Of a stretch of 64,000 nucleotides of DNA, positions 42,316 to 51,225 are shown piece after piece. The notes beneath the pieces are model-generated. The model was not told the origin of the DNA, did not search any database, and saw nothing but the letters and a program-made list of their open reading frames with translations. The position numbers and the translations under genes were made by a program. Within the stretch, counting starts at the first letter, position 1, and every line of letters starts with the position of its first letter. The stretch is from an uncultured Spirochaetota bacterium (GTDB taxonomy: Bacteria > Spirochaetota > Spirochaetia > SZUA-6 > Fen-1364). Location of the stretch: NCBI GenBank assembly GCA_963734545.1, contig CAVTHO010000008.1, forward strand, positions 256,001 to 320,000, given 5' to 3'.

Positions 42316-43575
42316 CTACGCGCGGAGGCCTTTGGCGATCACGTCCTCGATGATATTGAGGGCCGTGTCCATCTGCTCTTTCGTGAACTGCGTGGACACC
42401 GAGATGCGGAATCTCCGTGAATCCGCCGGCACCGCGGGAAAGTCCACGGGCTGGAGAAACAGCCCGCGCCGCTGTATCTCGTAGGCGAACTGGATGAGCT
42501 TTTCACCCGAGGAGCCGATGATGATCGGTATCACCTGGGATTCGCTCTGACCGAGATTCAGCTTCAGGGCCTGGAGGCCTTTCTTCAGATACGCGACGTT
42601 CTTCCAGAGCAGGTCACGGAGGCTCGAATCACGCGTGGCCACTTCCAGCGCTTTCATCAGCCCCCCTACGACTGGAGGTGAGGGCGCGCAGGAGAAGTTC
42701 CAGGGAGAGGAATATCCCTTGAGGTACTGGATGATGCGGGCGTTGGAACAGATGAACCCGCCCACACCGCCGAAGGACTTGCTGAACGTCCCGAAGCTCA
42801 CGCCGATGTCGTGCTCGAGACCGAAATGCTCGGCCACGCCCCGGCCATTCGGGCCGAACATGAGCGTGGAATGTGCTTCGTCGATATAGGTGGCCGCCTT
42901 GTAGTGGGCGCATACCTTCAGGATTTCCGGCAGCCGTACCAGGTCACCGTCCATTGAATAGACGCCTTCGAAGGCAACCAGCACGCGCTTGCCCTTGCAC
43001 TTCTCCAGCATGGCTTCCAGGGAGACCGGGTCGTTGTGGGAGAAGAACAGCATCTTTGCGCCGGAGAGGGTGCCGCCGTCTATCAGGCTCTTGTGGCACT
43101 TTTCATCAAGGACGAACATGTCCCCCTTGCGCAGGAGCCCCTGGATTGCGCCGACATTCCCGCCCAGCCCGCTGGAAAACAGCAGGCAGTCTTCCTTCTG
43201 CTTGAACTCCGCCAGCTGGCGCGCGAACTTCACGTGCAGGTCGAAAGTGCCGGACAGAAGCGGGGCGCCGGACGCGCCCAGCCCGTAGATATCCAGCGCT
43301 TCCTTTGCCGCCTGGATGACCTCGGGATGCGTGGAGAGCCCGAGGTAGTTGTACGAGGTCATGTTGATGACTTTGCGGCGCTTGCCGTCGAGGCTGCTCA
43401 GGACCTCCGTGCCCGCGCGCGGGGCGGCCAGGAGCTGCTGCCCGAAGAGACCCATGGCGGCCTGGATCTTCGGGTGCTCGATCCACGACTGGAAATCGCT
43501 CGGAGGGGTCAGGACGTCCGGGCTGTCATTGAAGAAAAAGTCCGCCAGGCTGAAGCTGAGGGCCTTGTCAGCCAT
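42316..43575 (-). CDS. PLP-dependent alpha-oxoamine synthase (SPT/BioF/KBL family)
   Basis: SYNYLGL, CHKSL, EGVYSMDGD, IDEAH, GTFSKSFG (PLP Lys), FPAVP..RRFR. Confidence 0.9.
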   Translation of the reverse strand: MADKALSFSLADFFFNDSPDVLTPPSDFQSWIEHPKIQAAMGLFGQQLLAAPRAGTEVLSSLDGKRRKVINMTSYNYLGLSTHPEVIQAAKEALDIYGLGASGAPLLSGTFDLHVKFARQLAEFKQKEDCLLFSSGLGGNVGAIQGLLRKGDMFVLDEKCHKSLIDGGTLSGAKMLFFSHNDPVSLEAMLEKCKGKRVLVAFEGVYSMDGDLVRLPEILKVCAHYKAATYIDEAHSTLMFGPNGRGVAEHFGLEHDIGVSFGTFSKSFGGVGGFICSNARIIQYLKGYSSPWNFSCAPSPPVVGGLMKALEVATRDSSLRDLLWKNVAYLKKGLQALKLNLGQSESQVIPIIIGSSGEKLIQFAYEIQRRGLFLQPVDFPAVPADSRRFRISVSTQFTKEQMDTALNIIEDVIAKGLRA

Positions 43576-43822
43576 TGCCTTTGTTCACGTATTCGAGGAA
43601 TTTCACCGCCAGCTCGTCGATGTTGTTGATGTCCGTCAGCTCGGAGCGTGGAACCTTGATTTTCAGCTCCCGCATGGACGTGGAAACCACTTCGATCATG
43701 TCCAGGCTGTTTGCGCCATAATCTTTCATGGATTTCTGAGGGTCGATGCTGGCGGCGTCGATATCGTCGCTGTTGGCGGCGATGTTCTTCTTGATCACCT
43801 CGATCACCGCTTCTTTTGTCAT
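43568..43822 (-). CDS. Acyl carrier protein, AcpK-like
   Basis: DYGANSLDMIEVV Ppant site; KIKVPRSEL..NIDELA resembles beta-branching ACPs. Confidence 0.88.
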   Translation of the reverse strand: MTKEAVIEVIKKNIAANSDDIDAASIDPQKSMKDYGANSLDMIEVVSTSMRELKIKVPRSELTDINNIDELAVKFLEYVNKGNG

Positions 43823-43840
43823 TTCGCGCTCCTTATCTTG

Positions 43841-44656
43841 TTAAGTCTCTTTATCTGGGGACCGTTCCGCAAGATACCGGCCCATCGCATTATCCCGAAA
43901 GGGGAGGCCGTAGTCAACGCTGATTATCTGGCCGTTCACGGCGTCCAAAAGCCCGCTGCAGAGGGCCAGGACGGCCTTTCCGCACTCCGCGGGGGTCAAA
44001 ATCATGCTGGAGGGAATACCTTGCGTGGCTATGTACTTGAAGAAATCCTCTCCGAAGATCGCCTTGAAGGAATCCGTGTTCACCGTGCCGAACCGCAGCA
44101 CGTTCACCCGTGATCCCTCGGCCTGAAGAGGCACGGAGAGGTACCGGGAAAAAAACTCCAGAAGTGCCTTCGAAGCCGCCACGAAGTCGTACCCAGGGTA
44201 GAAATGGTCCGGGCCGTCGCTGGAGATGGCGAGGACATACTTCGGATAGCTGCCGAACCTCTCCTTGATCCTGCGGGTATAGTCGATGAGCGGCCAGGTG
44301 CTGTACTCGAGGGTCTTGAAGAGCGACCTCTTCTTGTAGTCCGCCAGCGTGAGGGTGCGCAGCGCGAAGCTCACATTGCTGATGAAGATGTCGATCTTCC
44401 CCGCGACCGACGCGATCTGCTCCATCAGCCGGACGGTATCCTCCTCCTCCGCGGCATCCGCTTCGTAGAACATCGGGCGCAGGGCGCCCCGCGACTCGAA
44501 CTCCGCCGCCACCTTCTCCTGGTCGGCGCTTCCCCACTTGTAGGTCAGGTATACCTGTGCCCCGGCTTCGGCGAGCGAGAGCGCAGATGCGAGTCCGATC
44601 CCCTTGGTTCCCCCCGTAATGAGAGCTGTCTTCCCCCGCAGATCCACGCTGACCAT
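43841..44656 (-). CDS. SDR, FabL-like enoyl-ACP reductase
   Basis: TGGTKGIG; YDFVAASK is the Y-X6-K spacing of enoyl reductases. Confidence 0.75.
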   Translation of the reverse strand: MVSVDLRGKTALITGGTKGIGLASALSLAEAGAQVYLTYKWGSADQEKVAAEFESRGALRPMFYEADAAEEEDTVRLMEQIASVAGKIDIFISNVSFALRTLTLADYKKRSLFKTLEYSTWPLIDYTRRIKERFGSYPKYVLAISSDGPDHFYPGYDFVAASKALLEFFSRYLSVPLQAEGSRVNVLRFGTVNTDSFKAIFGEDFFKYIATQGIPSSMILTPAECGKAVLALCSGLLDAVNGQIISVDYGLPFRDNAMGRYLAERSPDKET

Positions 44657-44673
44657 GACTGCCGCCTTCTTTC

Positions 44674-45423
44674 CTATTCGGGGTAGAGCTCGTTGATCGT
44701 GCGGCGGGTTTCCGGGAAGGAAAAACTGATCCGGTGCATCAAGTCTTCCTGGAGCCGCGCATCCACCAGGAGCTTCTTTTTCTTCGCGCTCAGGGTGTGC
44801 TTCAGCAGGGATATGGATCGGGCATCCTTCTCCGCGATCTGCTCGGCCAAGTCCCGGGCCCGGGCCAGGACCTCGCTCCTCGGCAGGATGTAGTTGATAT
44901 GGGTGCCTCTGCCCTCGAGCTCGCTGCCCCGGAAGCGCTTGCCGGTGAACATCATCTCGTTTGCAAGAAAGGGACCGACGAGCTCCGCCAGCAGGGTCGT
45001 GGTGCCCATGCCGGGGGTGAAGCCGAGGCTCATGAATACCGCCCCGTACCGGCTTTCTCTGGCCGCGATCACAATGTCGCAGCAGAACCCGACCGCGAGT
45101 CCCCCTCCTATGGCGTGACCCTCCATCGCGGCGATCACCGGAAAGGGCATCTCGAGAAGCCGCTCGCAGATCACGAAATCCTTGACCGCCGCCTTGCCGT
45201 CGCACAGATCGATCAGCTCCTTCTTGTGCGCGCCGCCGCAGAAGACATCCGGGAGGCCGGAGAGAACGAGGACCTTGGGCCGGCGTTCCTGTTCCAGCTC
45301 TTCCAGTGCCTCGAGGAGCTCCGCGATGAACTCCGAAGAGAAAATATTGCGGCCCCTGGTGTCATTCATCTTCAACCAGGAGACTCCGGAGGGCTCGGAG
45401 GTCAGCTTCATCCGTTCGCTCAT
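44674..45423 (-). CDS. PksI-like enoyl-CoA hydratase fold (ECH2, decarboxylase)
   Basis: VIAAMEGHAIGGG, FMSLGFTPGMGTT, C-terminal EDLMHRISF. Confidence 0.85.
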   Translation of the reverse strand: MSERMKLTSEPSGVSWLKMNDTRGRNIFSSEFIAELLEALEELEQERRPKVLVLSGLPDVFCGGAHKKELIDLCDGKAAVKDFVICERLLEMPFPVIAAMEGHAIGGGLAVGFCCDIVIAARESRYGAVFMSLGFTPGMGTTTLLAELVGPFLANEMMFTGKRFRGSELEGRGTHINYILPRSEVLARARDLAEQIAEKDARSISLLKHTLSAKKKKLLVDARLQEDLMHRISFSFPETRRTINELYPE

Positions 45424-46262
45424 GGCGCACCCGCCTTCCCTTCCCGCGCGCTCGAAAGGGCAAGAGAACGCGACGGCCTGAACCGGGAGAACCAGGCCGG
45501 CACGTGCCCCTCCTGGAATGCCTTCACACCGTCCAGGGTGGGTGGATCGTGCATCATCTCCACCAATCTGCGGCGCGCGAGCAGGCTGCCCTGCTTCGGC
45601 GTCTTGCCGATCAGCTCCGCGGTAAACTCCTTGACAGCGGCAAGCGCGCGGGGGGACGAGCACAGGAGGCGCTTGAAGATCTCGCGCACGCGGCGCTCGA
45701 TATCCGCGCCGGCCACCAGCTCGTCCACGAGATTCAGACGCAGCGCTTCGGAGGCGGAGATCCGGTGCGAGCTCATCACGAGGTAGCGCGCCGTCTGCGG
45801 CGTCACGCGCAGCGCGAGCATGTAGGGCAGCACGTTCGCGGGTATCAGCCCGAAAATCACCTCCCCCAGCTCGAATGTGGCCCGCTCCCCGGCCACCACG
45901 ATGTCGCACGCGCACGCCAGACCGACCCCGCCGGCCTTCACCTCACCCTCGACAAGGCAGACAACCGGCAGTGCCGCGGAGAATATCGTCTCCAGCACGC
46001 CGGCGTAGCTGTCCACCGCCTTCTCCGCATCCGCCCGGGCCGCGGACCCGTGCGCCGCCAGCAGCGCAAGGTCCATGCCCAGGCAGAAGACAGGCCCGTT
46101 GGAGCGCAGGAGAACGGCGCGCACGCGCGGGTCCTTCAGGGAGCGATCCAGCGCGGCTCTCAGCTCCCGCAGGCCTTCGGGGCTCAGGAGGTTGCCGTGC
46201 TCTCCGTCATTCAGGGTGATCACCGCGACGTGGGAGTCCTCGTACTGCTCGATCAGCGCCAC
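45420..46262 (-). CDS. PksH-like enoyl-CoA hydratase (ECH1, HMG dehydratase)
   Basis: FCLGMD, GEVKAGGVG..ACD, GEVIFGLIPANVLP, terminal VPAW. Confidence 0.82.
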   Translation of the reverse strand: MALIEQYEDSHVAVITLNDGEHGNLLSPEGLRELRAALDRSLKDPRVRAVLLRSNGPVFCLGMDLALLAAHGSAARADAEKAVDSYAGVLETIFSAALPVVCLVEGEVKAGGVGLACACDIVVAGERATFELGEVIFGLIPANVLPYMLALRVTPQTARYLVMSSHRISASEALRLNLVDELVAGADIERRVREIFKRLLCSSPRALAAVKEFTAELIGKTPKQGSLLARRRLVEMMHDPPTLDGVKAFQEGHVPAWFSRFRPSRSLALSSAREGKAGAP

Positions 46263-47497
46263 CGGCTGAGCTCCACTCGTAGGAGCGGTAGAAATCCTTG
46301 ACCTGACGAAGCACGAGGCGCTTCCTGCCCCGGTAGTGCCGGTCATACCAGCCCTCCGGGCAGGGATAAATCGGGCGTGAAGCAGGGCTGCTCAATGGCC
46401 TCCTCCCGCATTTTCTCGATGGTCTCGTACTCCGCCACGCTCACCTCGCGGCGGGCATCCAGCTCGGCGTCGATGCCCATGCCGGCAACTACCTCCCGGG
46501 CCTCGGGACACAGAAATCCGCTGTAGAACTCGCCGATTGCCCCGGAGCCGTAGGAAAAAAAGCTGATACGGTCTCCGGCCTTCACGCCCTGCGCGCTCAT
46601 TGCGATCCCGCATATGCCGAGGAAGTTGCTCGCCCCATAGGTGGAGCCGCATCGGCGGGCATACAGGAGCGAGGGTTGGGTCTTCTGCGTGAAGCTTTCC
46701 CGTATCTCGATCTTGGTGCGCGCCCGGGCCAGGTTGCAGAGGGTCCGGTGCGCCTGGAATGCCATGCCGGGAAAGGGAGTGTGGTAGCAGTTCTGGGCAA
46801 AGTAGCTGTCGAAATCCACCGTCTCCCCGGTCGTTTCCACATAATCCCGATAGGACCCTTCCAGGGCATCGAGATACGTGTACAGGCTCACCTCGTTGTT
46901 GCCCATCTCGTGCCGTGCACTGGGCCGGAATGTATCGTAGACATCGGAGGTCCACGTGCCTCTCTTGGACAGCTCGTACTCCACCACCCTTGGTGAGTCG
47001 CTCACGAGAGCGGCCGCGGCCACGCCGCCGAGGACGAACTCTTCCTTCGCGTTCAGGTGCATGCGGGAAAAGTCGGTCGAGATGACCAGCGCTTTCCGCC
47101 CCCGATTCAGCCCGGAGGCGATCCAGTTGAGCGCCGTGTCCAGGGCCGCCACGCCGCTGTAGCAGGCGTGTTTCGTCTCGAAGTTCCGCACGTTGGCGGG
47201 CAGACCCAGCGCGCCGTGCATGTTGGTGCTGATGGGTTTGCCGAAATCAACCGAGCTCTCGGTTCCGACCACGAGCATGCCGATGGCCTGCCTGTCCTCC
47301 CCCTCCAGCATCGGGGCGGCCGCGTTGACCCCCATGGTCACGGTGTCCTCGTAGAGGGGATTCAGGGAGCGTGTGTCGATCAGGAAATCCGCAACCACTT
47401 TCTGCGGGTCCATGCCCCTGGCCTCGGCCAGCTTCTTCTGGTCCAGTATCAGGGAGCTGCCGTAGATGTTGATCTTTTCGATGCCGATGCGGCGCAT
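46207..47497 (-). CDS. PksG-like HMG-(acyl-ACP) synthase; indel near 46360, 3' end uncertain
   Basis: EDTVT, GTESSVDFGK, FETKHACYSG (Cys), DTFRP, YHTPF (His), FSYGSG; C-terminal FYRSYEW in a shifted frame. Confidence 0.9.
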
Positions 47498-47505
47498 ATT
47501 ACTCC

Positions 47506-48261
47506 TTATGGCGCGTAGCTCAGTCCGCCGGCCACCCGGATCACCTCGCCGTTGATGAATCCGGCTTCCGCGCCCGCGAGGTAGTGCACAAGGCTGGCAA
47601 TCTCCTCCGCGGTGCCGATCCGCTTGATCGGACAGTATTCCAGCCAGATCTCGTGCAGCTTTGTGGCCATATGCTGGTCCGTCATGTCCGTTTCCACGTA
47701 GCCGACGGTGACGATATTGGACGTGATGCCTCGGGGGCCGTATTCTCGCGCGAGGGTCTTGGTGAGCCCGATGAGCCCGGCCTTGGCCGCGGCATAATTG
47801 ACCTGGCCGCTGGAGCCCTCCTGCGCGAGAGAGGAGATATTGATGATACGGCCCCAGCGTTTGCTCATGAGGTGAGTGAGAAAGCTGCGGATCACGAAAA
47901 ACGGGCCGGAGAGATCGGCGGCGATCACTTCCTGCCACTGTTCGTCGCTCATCATCGCGGCCGTGTTGTTTCTGACGATGCCGGCATTGTTCACCACGAT
48001 GCCCAGGCTCGGAAAATCCTCCATCACCTGGTCCGCCACCCTCTCCACCTCGGCGCTGTCCGTGACATTCATCCGGTAGGCTTTCAGCGCTGCCGCGCCC
48101 TCCAGCCCGGCAGCCAGGGTCTGTGTCTCCCGCATGGCCGCCTCGTTGCCGACATACGTGAACGCGGTCGGGATGCCCTCCTTGACCAGGCGCAGAACTA
48201 TGGCGCGCCCTATGCCGCGGGAACCGCCCGTCACGAAAGCTGCCGGTAAACCTGGTTCCAT
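47506..48261 (-). CDS. 3-oxoacyl-ACP reductase (FabG-like)
   Basis: TGGSRGIG, NNAGI, NISS, GQVNYAAAK. Confidence 0.9.
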   Translation of the reverse strand: MEPGLPAAFVTGGSRGIGRAIVLRLVKEGIPTAFTYVGNEAAMRETQTLAAGLEGAAALKAYRMNVTDSAEVERVADQVMEDFPSLGIVVNNAGIVRNNTAAMMSDEQWQEVIAADLSGPFFVIRSFLTHLMSKRWGRIINISSLAQEGSSGQVNYAAAKAGLIGLTKTLAREYGPRGITSNIVTVGYVETDMTDQHMATKLHEIWLEYCPIKRIGTAEEIASLVHYLAGAEAGFINGEVIRVAGGLSYAP

Positions 48262-48264
48262 TCC

Positions 48265-49548
48265 CTACCCCTCGTAGCGCCTGATCAGGCTGCAGGCGTT
48301 GATGCCGCCGAACCCGAAGGAGTTTTTCAACATGTAGCGGACCTTGTGCTCCACGGGGCCCCTGGCGCAGACATCGAGGTCCACTTCCGGGTCCAGGCGG
48401 TCGATGTTGATCGTGGGATGGAGGCGGCCGTGCTTCATCTGGAGGAGCCCGGCAATGGTCTCCACGATGGGGGATGCCCAGCAGGTGTGTCCCAGCATCG
48501 ACTTGGCGGCGTTGAGCTTCATCCGGTACGCGTGCGCGCCGAATGCTTCCTTGATGGCCCTGATCTCTTCAAGGTCCCCGCCCGGCGTGCCCGTGGCGTG
48601 ACAGCTCGCGAAATCGACTTCCGAGGGGTCTGTCCCGGTGGACACCAGCAGCTCGCGGATCAGGCGTGCCTGGATTCCAGCAGCAGGCGCGGGCAGGTGA
48701 CAGGCGTTGGCATTGGCCCTTACGCCCATCACTTCCCCATGAATTCGGGCGCCGCGGCTCAACGCGTGCCCCAGCTCTTCCAGCATCAGCGTCCCGGCCC
48801 CGTGCGAGTAGACGAACCCGGCCCGGTCGGCGTCGAACGGCCGCGAAGCCTTTTCCGGGTGATCCTGGAATTCCGGCTTTACAACGACAGCATTGATGAT
48901 CACGGAGGCCTGGATGTCACCGGGGGACATATCGAAAAGCCCGCCGGCAATCACCGCCAGGTCGGACTCCCCGCTCATGATGTCGCGGAAGCCCTCCCGG
49001 AGGGCGAGGTTGCCGCTCGCGCAGGCCCCGCCGATGGTGAAGGTGGGGCCATGCAGTCCCAGGAGCTCCGTGATGACGGCAGGCACGTTCGGATCGATAC
49101 CCTCGACCCCGCTGAGGGGATCCAGGTACTCCACGTCCTGAAGGAAGCGCTTGGAATTCTCGTGGATGTAGTTCGAGTTCAGGTTATGTCCGCCCACGAT
49201 GACGCTGGTGCGGAATGGATCGGTCTCCGAGGCGAAGAGCCCGGCATCCTGCCAGGCAGCGAGAGTGCAGAGAACGGCCATTTTCGCTGAAAAGGTCGTG
49301 GAACGGAACATCTTCTTTGCCTTTTTGAAGGTGTCCGCACCCAAAGCGTCCTTGAAACGTTCCAGGGCCCCCAGGCAGTCGTAATCGCCCAGGTCACCCC
49401 CGATTTTGCACTCTATATTGGTCATATCGAGGCTCTGCCAGCGGCGGATCCCCGATTTCCCGCTTATCAGGTTCTGATAATAGCCCTCCAGCGTATCACC
49501 GAGCGGGTTGATGGTCCCCATGCCGGTGATAACGGCGCGACGTTTCAT
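48265..49548 (-). CDS. Stand-alone ketosynthase, PksF/FabF-like, catalytic Cys retained
   Basis: VGGHNL, TIGGACASG, CHATGT, KSMLGH, NSFGFGGIN; AAGGGGAGG RBS. Confidence 0.88.
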   Translation of the reverse strand: MKRRAVITGMGTINPLGDTLEGYYQNLISGKSGIRRWQSLDMTNIECKIGGDLGDYDCLGALERFKDALGADTFKKAKKMFRSTTFSAKMAVLCTLAAWQDAGLFASETDPFRTSVIVGGHNLNSNYIHENSKRFLQDVEYLDPLSGVEGIDPNVPAVITELLGLHGPTFTIGGACASGNLALREGFRDIMSGESDLAVIAGGLFDMSPGDIQASVIINAVVVKPEFQDHPEKASRPFDADRAGFVYSHGAGTLMLEELGHALSRGARIHGEVMGVRANANACHLPAPAAGIQARLIRELLVSTGTDPSEVDFASCHATGTPGGDLEEIRAIKEAFGAHAYRMKLNAAKSMLGHTCWASPIVETIAGLLQMKHGRLHPTINIDRLDPEVDLDVCARGPVEHKVRYMLKNSFGFGGINACSLIRRYEG

Positions 49549-49563
49549 CTCGCGCGCCTCCCC

Positions 49564-49630
49564 TTGTGCGATACGGCGTACTCGCCGAACGGGTACTCCC
49601 GTACTCCGCACAATCTCGCGGTATTCCGCG
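49564..49630 (-). promoter_or_regulatory. Structured 5' leader with three A(G/A)UA-tetraloop hairpins
   Basis: mRNA sense: CGCGG-AATA-CCGCG, then TTGTGCG..CGCACAA enclosing ACGGG-AGTA-CCCGT and CGGCG-AGTA-CGCCG, abutting the RBS. Confidence 0.55.
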
Positions 49631-49701
49631 CAGTTGTCGGTCTTTCCAGGGCCTGGTGCCATCCCATGATGGGTGAGTGTAATATTTCAGCACCCCTCGA
49701 T

Positions 49702-50675
49702 TCAATAGCTGCCTCGGGCCCCGATGCGCGCCGCGAAAGCCTGAATTTCGTCACTTCTGCCCGAAAAAGCGCAAAGAGAGGTCTTCCAGACAACGCGTCT
49801 CTTGCCGGTCGGGCCCAGCGGCGGCGAACAGCAGGAAAACTCGATGCTGTCAGGCACGCCGCCGGTTCGGCAATCCACCCGGGCGTCATCCCTGCCCTCC
49901 TCCCTCGCAAAATCCTTGACCAGGAGCTGTGCGCGCCCGGACTCACGCTCCTCGAGGCAGAGGATCCGGTTTCCCGCATCCGCGCCCGGGATTTCGATCT
50001 TCGCGGACTGGGGACCCCGCAATCGTACTACCGCGCAGTCTTCGGCGAATTCGAGGCTGCGGGAGGGCAGGGTCACGAGGCTCGTCTCCGTCCACCGTTT
50101 GCGGAGAGGCACGCGAATCTCCGCCCCCATGCGCGCCTGGGTGATGTTCCAGAGCCACACGGGCGCGCGGCAATCGCCCGAGATCTCGAGGACCGTCTCC
50201 TCCTCATACCCGGCCTGGCGCAGCCAGGTCGTGCCCCAGAGGTCGGCCAGCCGCGCCTCTGTCATCGGCCTCACCCGGCGGATGAGCCTGAACCGGATCC
50301 GGGACCCCGTCTTCCAGGCCAGCGCCTCGCCCTTGTTCTCCATGGCATATCCGGATTTCTCGGATGAGCGGGCAAACTGGCCCGGGTCGATGGCGGGGGG
50401 GACCTCGGGGCCTTCGGCGAGGAACTCCTCTTCCGGAGCCAGCCACATCCGGTCCCCCCCGGGTTGATCCAGCCGTCGTCCTTTGATCCGATGTGCAGAA
50501 GACGCAGAAATCCGGGATTCACCCAGAGCGCGTTGTCACCCCGCCAATGGGGCCACACCCCGAGCACGCGCCCGTACTCGGGCAGCACGAGCACGGCGCC
50601 GTCCGCGCCCGATTCGAGGACCGCGTACTCGACGCCGAGGGTCTTCAGGCTGACAACGGTCTCTTCGAGTCCCAT
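49702..50675 (-). CDS. Hypothetical protein (DUF6786-like); indel in a G-run near 50458
   Basis: PEYGRVLG..NALWVNP..WINPGG(DR)MWLAPE joins ORFs 50271-50675 and 49702-50448. Confidence 0.6.
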
Positions 50676-51119
50676 TCAGTTTGCCGGCGCGCGCCGCGCA
50701 ATCACGTCCTGGGACATGACGAGCAGGGTCGTGCGCTCCTGCCAGCCGATTTTTCTCCAGAATCGCCGGCCGGCCCGGTTTTTCGCCAGGACGAAGATGT
50801 GGCACTTCCGCATGCCCAGATCGGCGAGCGCGGCGAGGCTTCGCTCGACCAGGGCGCGGCCGATACCCGTGCGCCGATGGCTGTGCGCGACGGCCAGATG
50901 ATTGAGGAATCCCCTGCGGCCGTCGCTGCCGCCCAGCAGCGCCCCCACGAGAGTGCCGTCCTCCTCCGCGACAAAGCTCAATCCTGGGTTGTGCGCGAGG
51001 TACCGGGCGATGTTCCGCTTTTCGTCCGCCTCGCTCAGCCCGATCCCCTCCATGCTCTGCCAGAGGGCATACGCCGCCTCGTAGTCGGCGATTGTGAACT
51101 CACGCAGCGTCACGCTCAT
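50676..51119 (-). CDS. GNAT acetyltransferase (YpeA-like)
   Basis: GSDGRRGFLNHLAV..HRRTGIG; N..GRRFW..GW. Confidence 0.88.
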   Translation of the reverse strand: MSVTLREFTIADYEAAYALWQSMEGIGLSEADEKRNIARYLAHNPGLSFVAEEDGTLVGALLGGSDGRRGFLNHLAVAHSHRRTGIGRALVERSLAALADLGMRKCHIFVLAKNRAGRRFWRKIGWQERTTLLVMSQDVIARRAPAN

Positions 51120-51225
51120 GCCGCCGGTGTATCCGCCGCTTCCGGCCGCGTCAAGTGCGCATTTGCGCGCAGGTGCGGATTTGTGCCGTAGAAGAATGCG
51201 GCCGCCTTCCTTATAGTTCGCACAC

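Noticed and set aside
42316-43575. bioF / biotin synthesis call
   Set aside because: No bioA, B, C, D, H or W nearby, and the gene is embedded in an ACP/FAS operon; family membership alone does not give the function.
46207-47497. HMG-CoA synthase as evidence for a mevalonate operon
   Set aside because: No HMG-CoA reductase, mevalonate kinases or thiolase nearby; the neighbours are ECH1, ECH2, ACP and KS.
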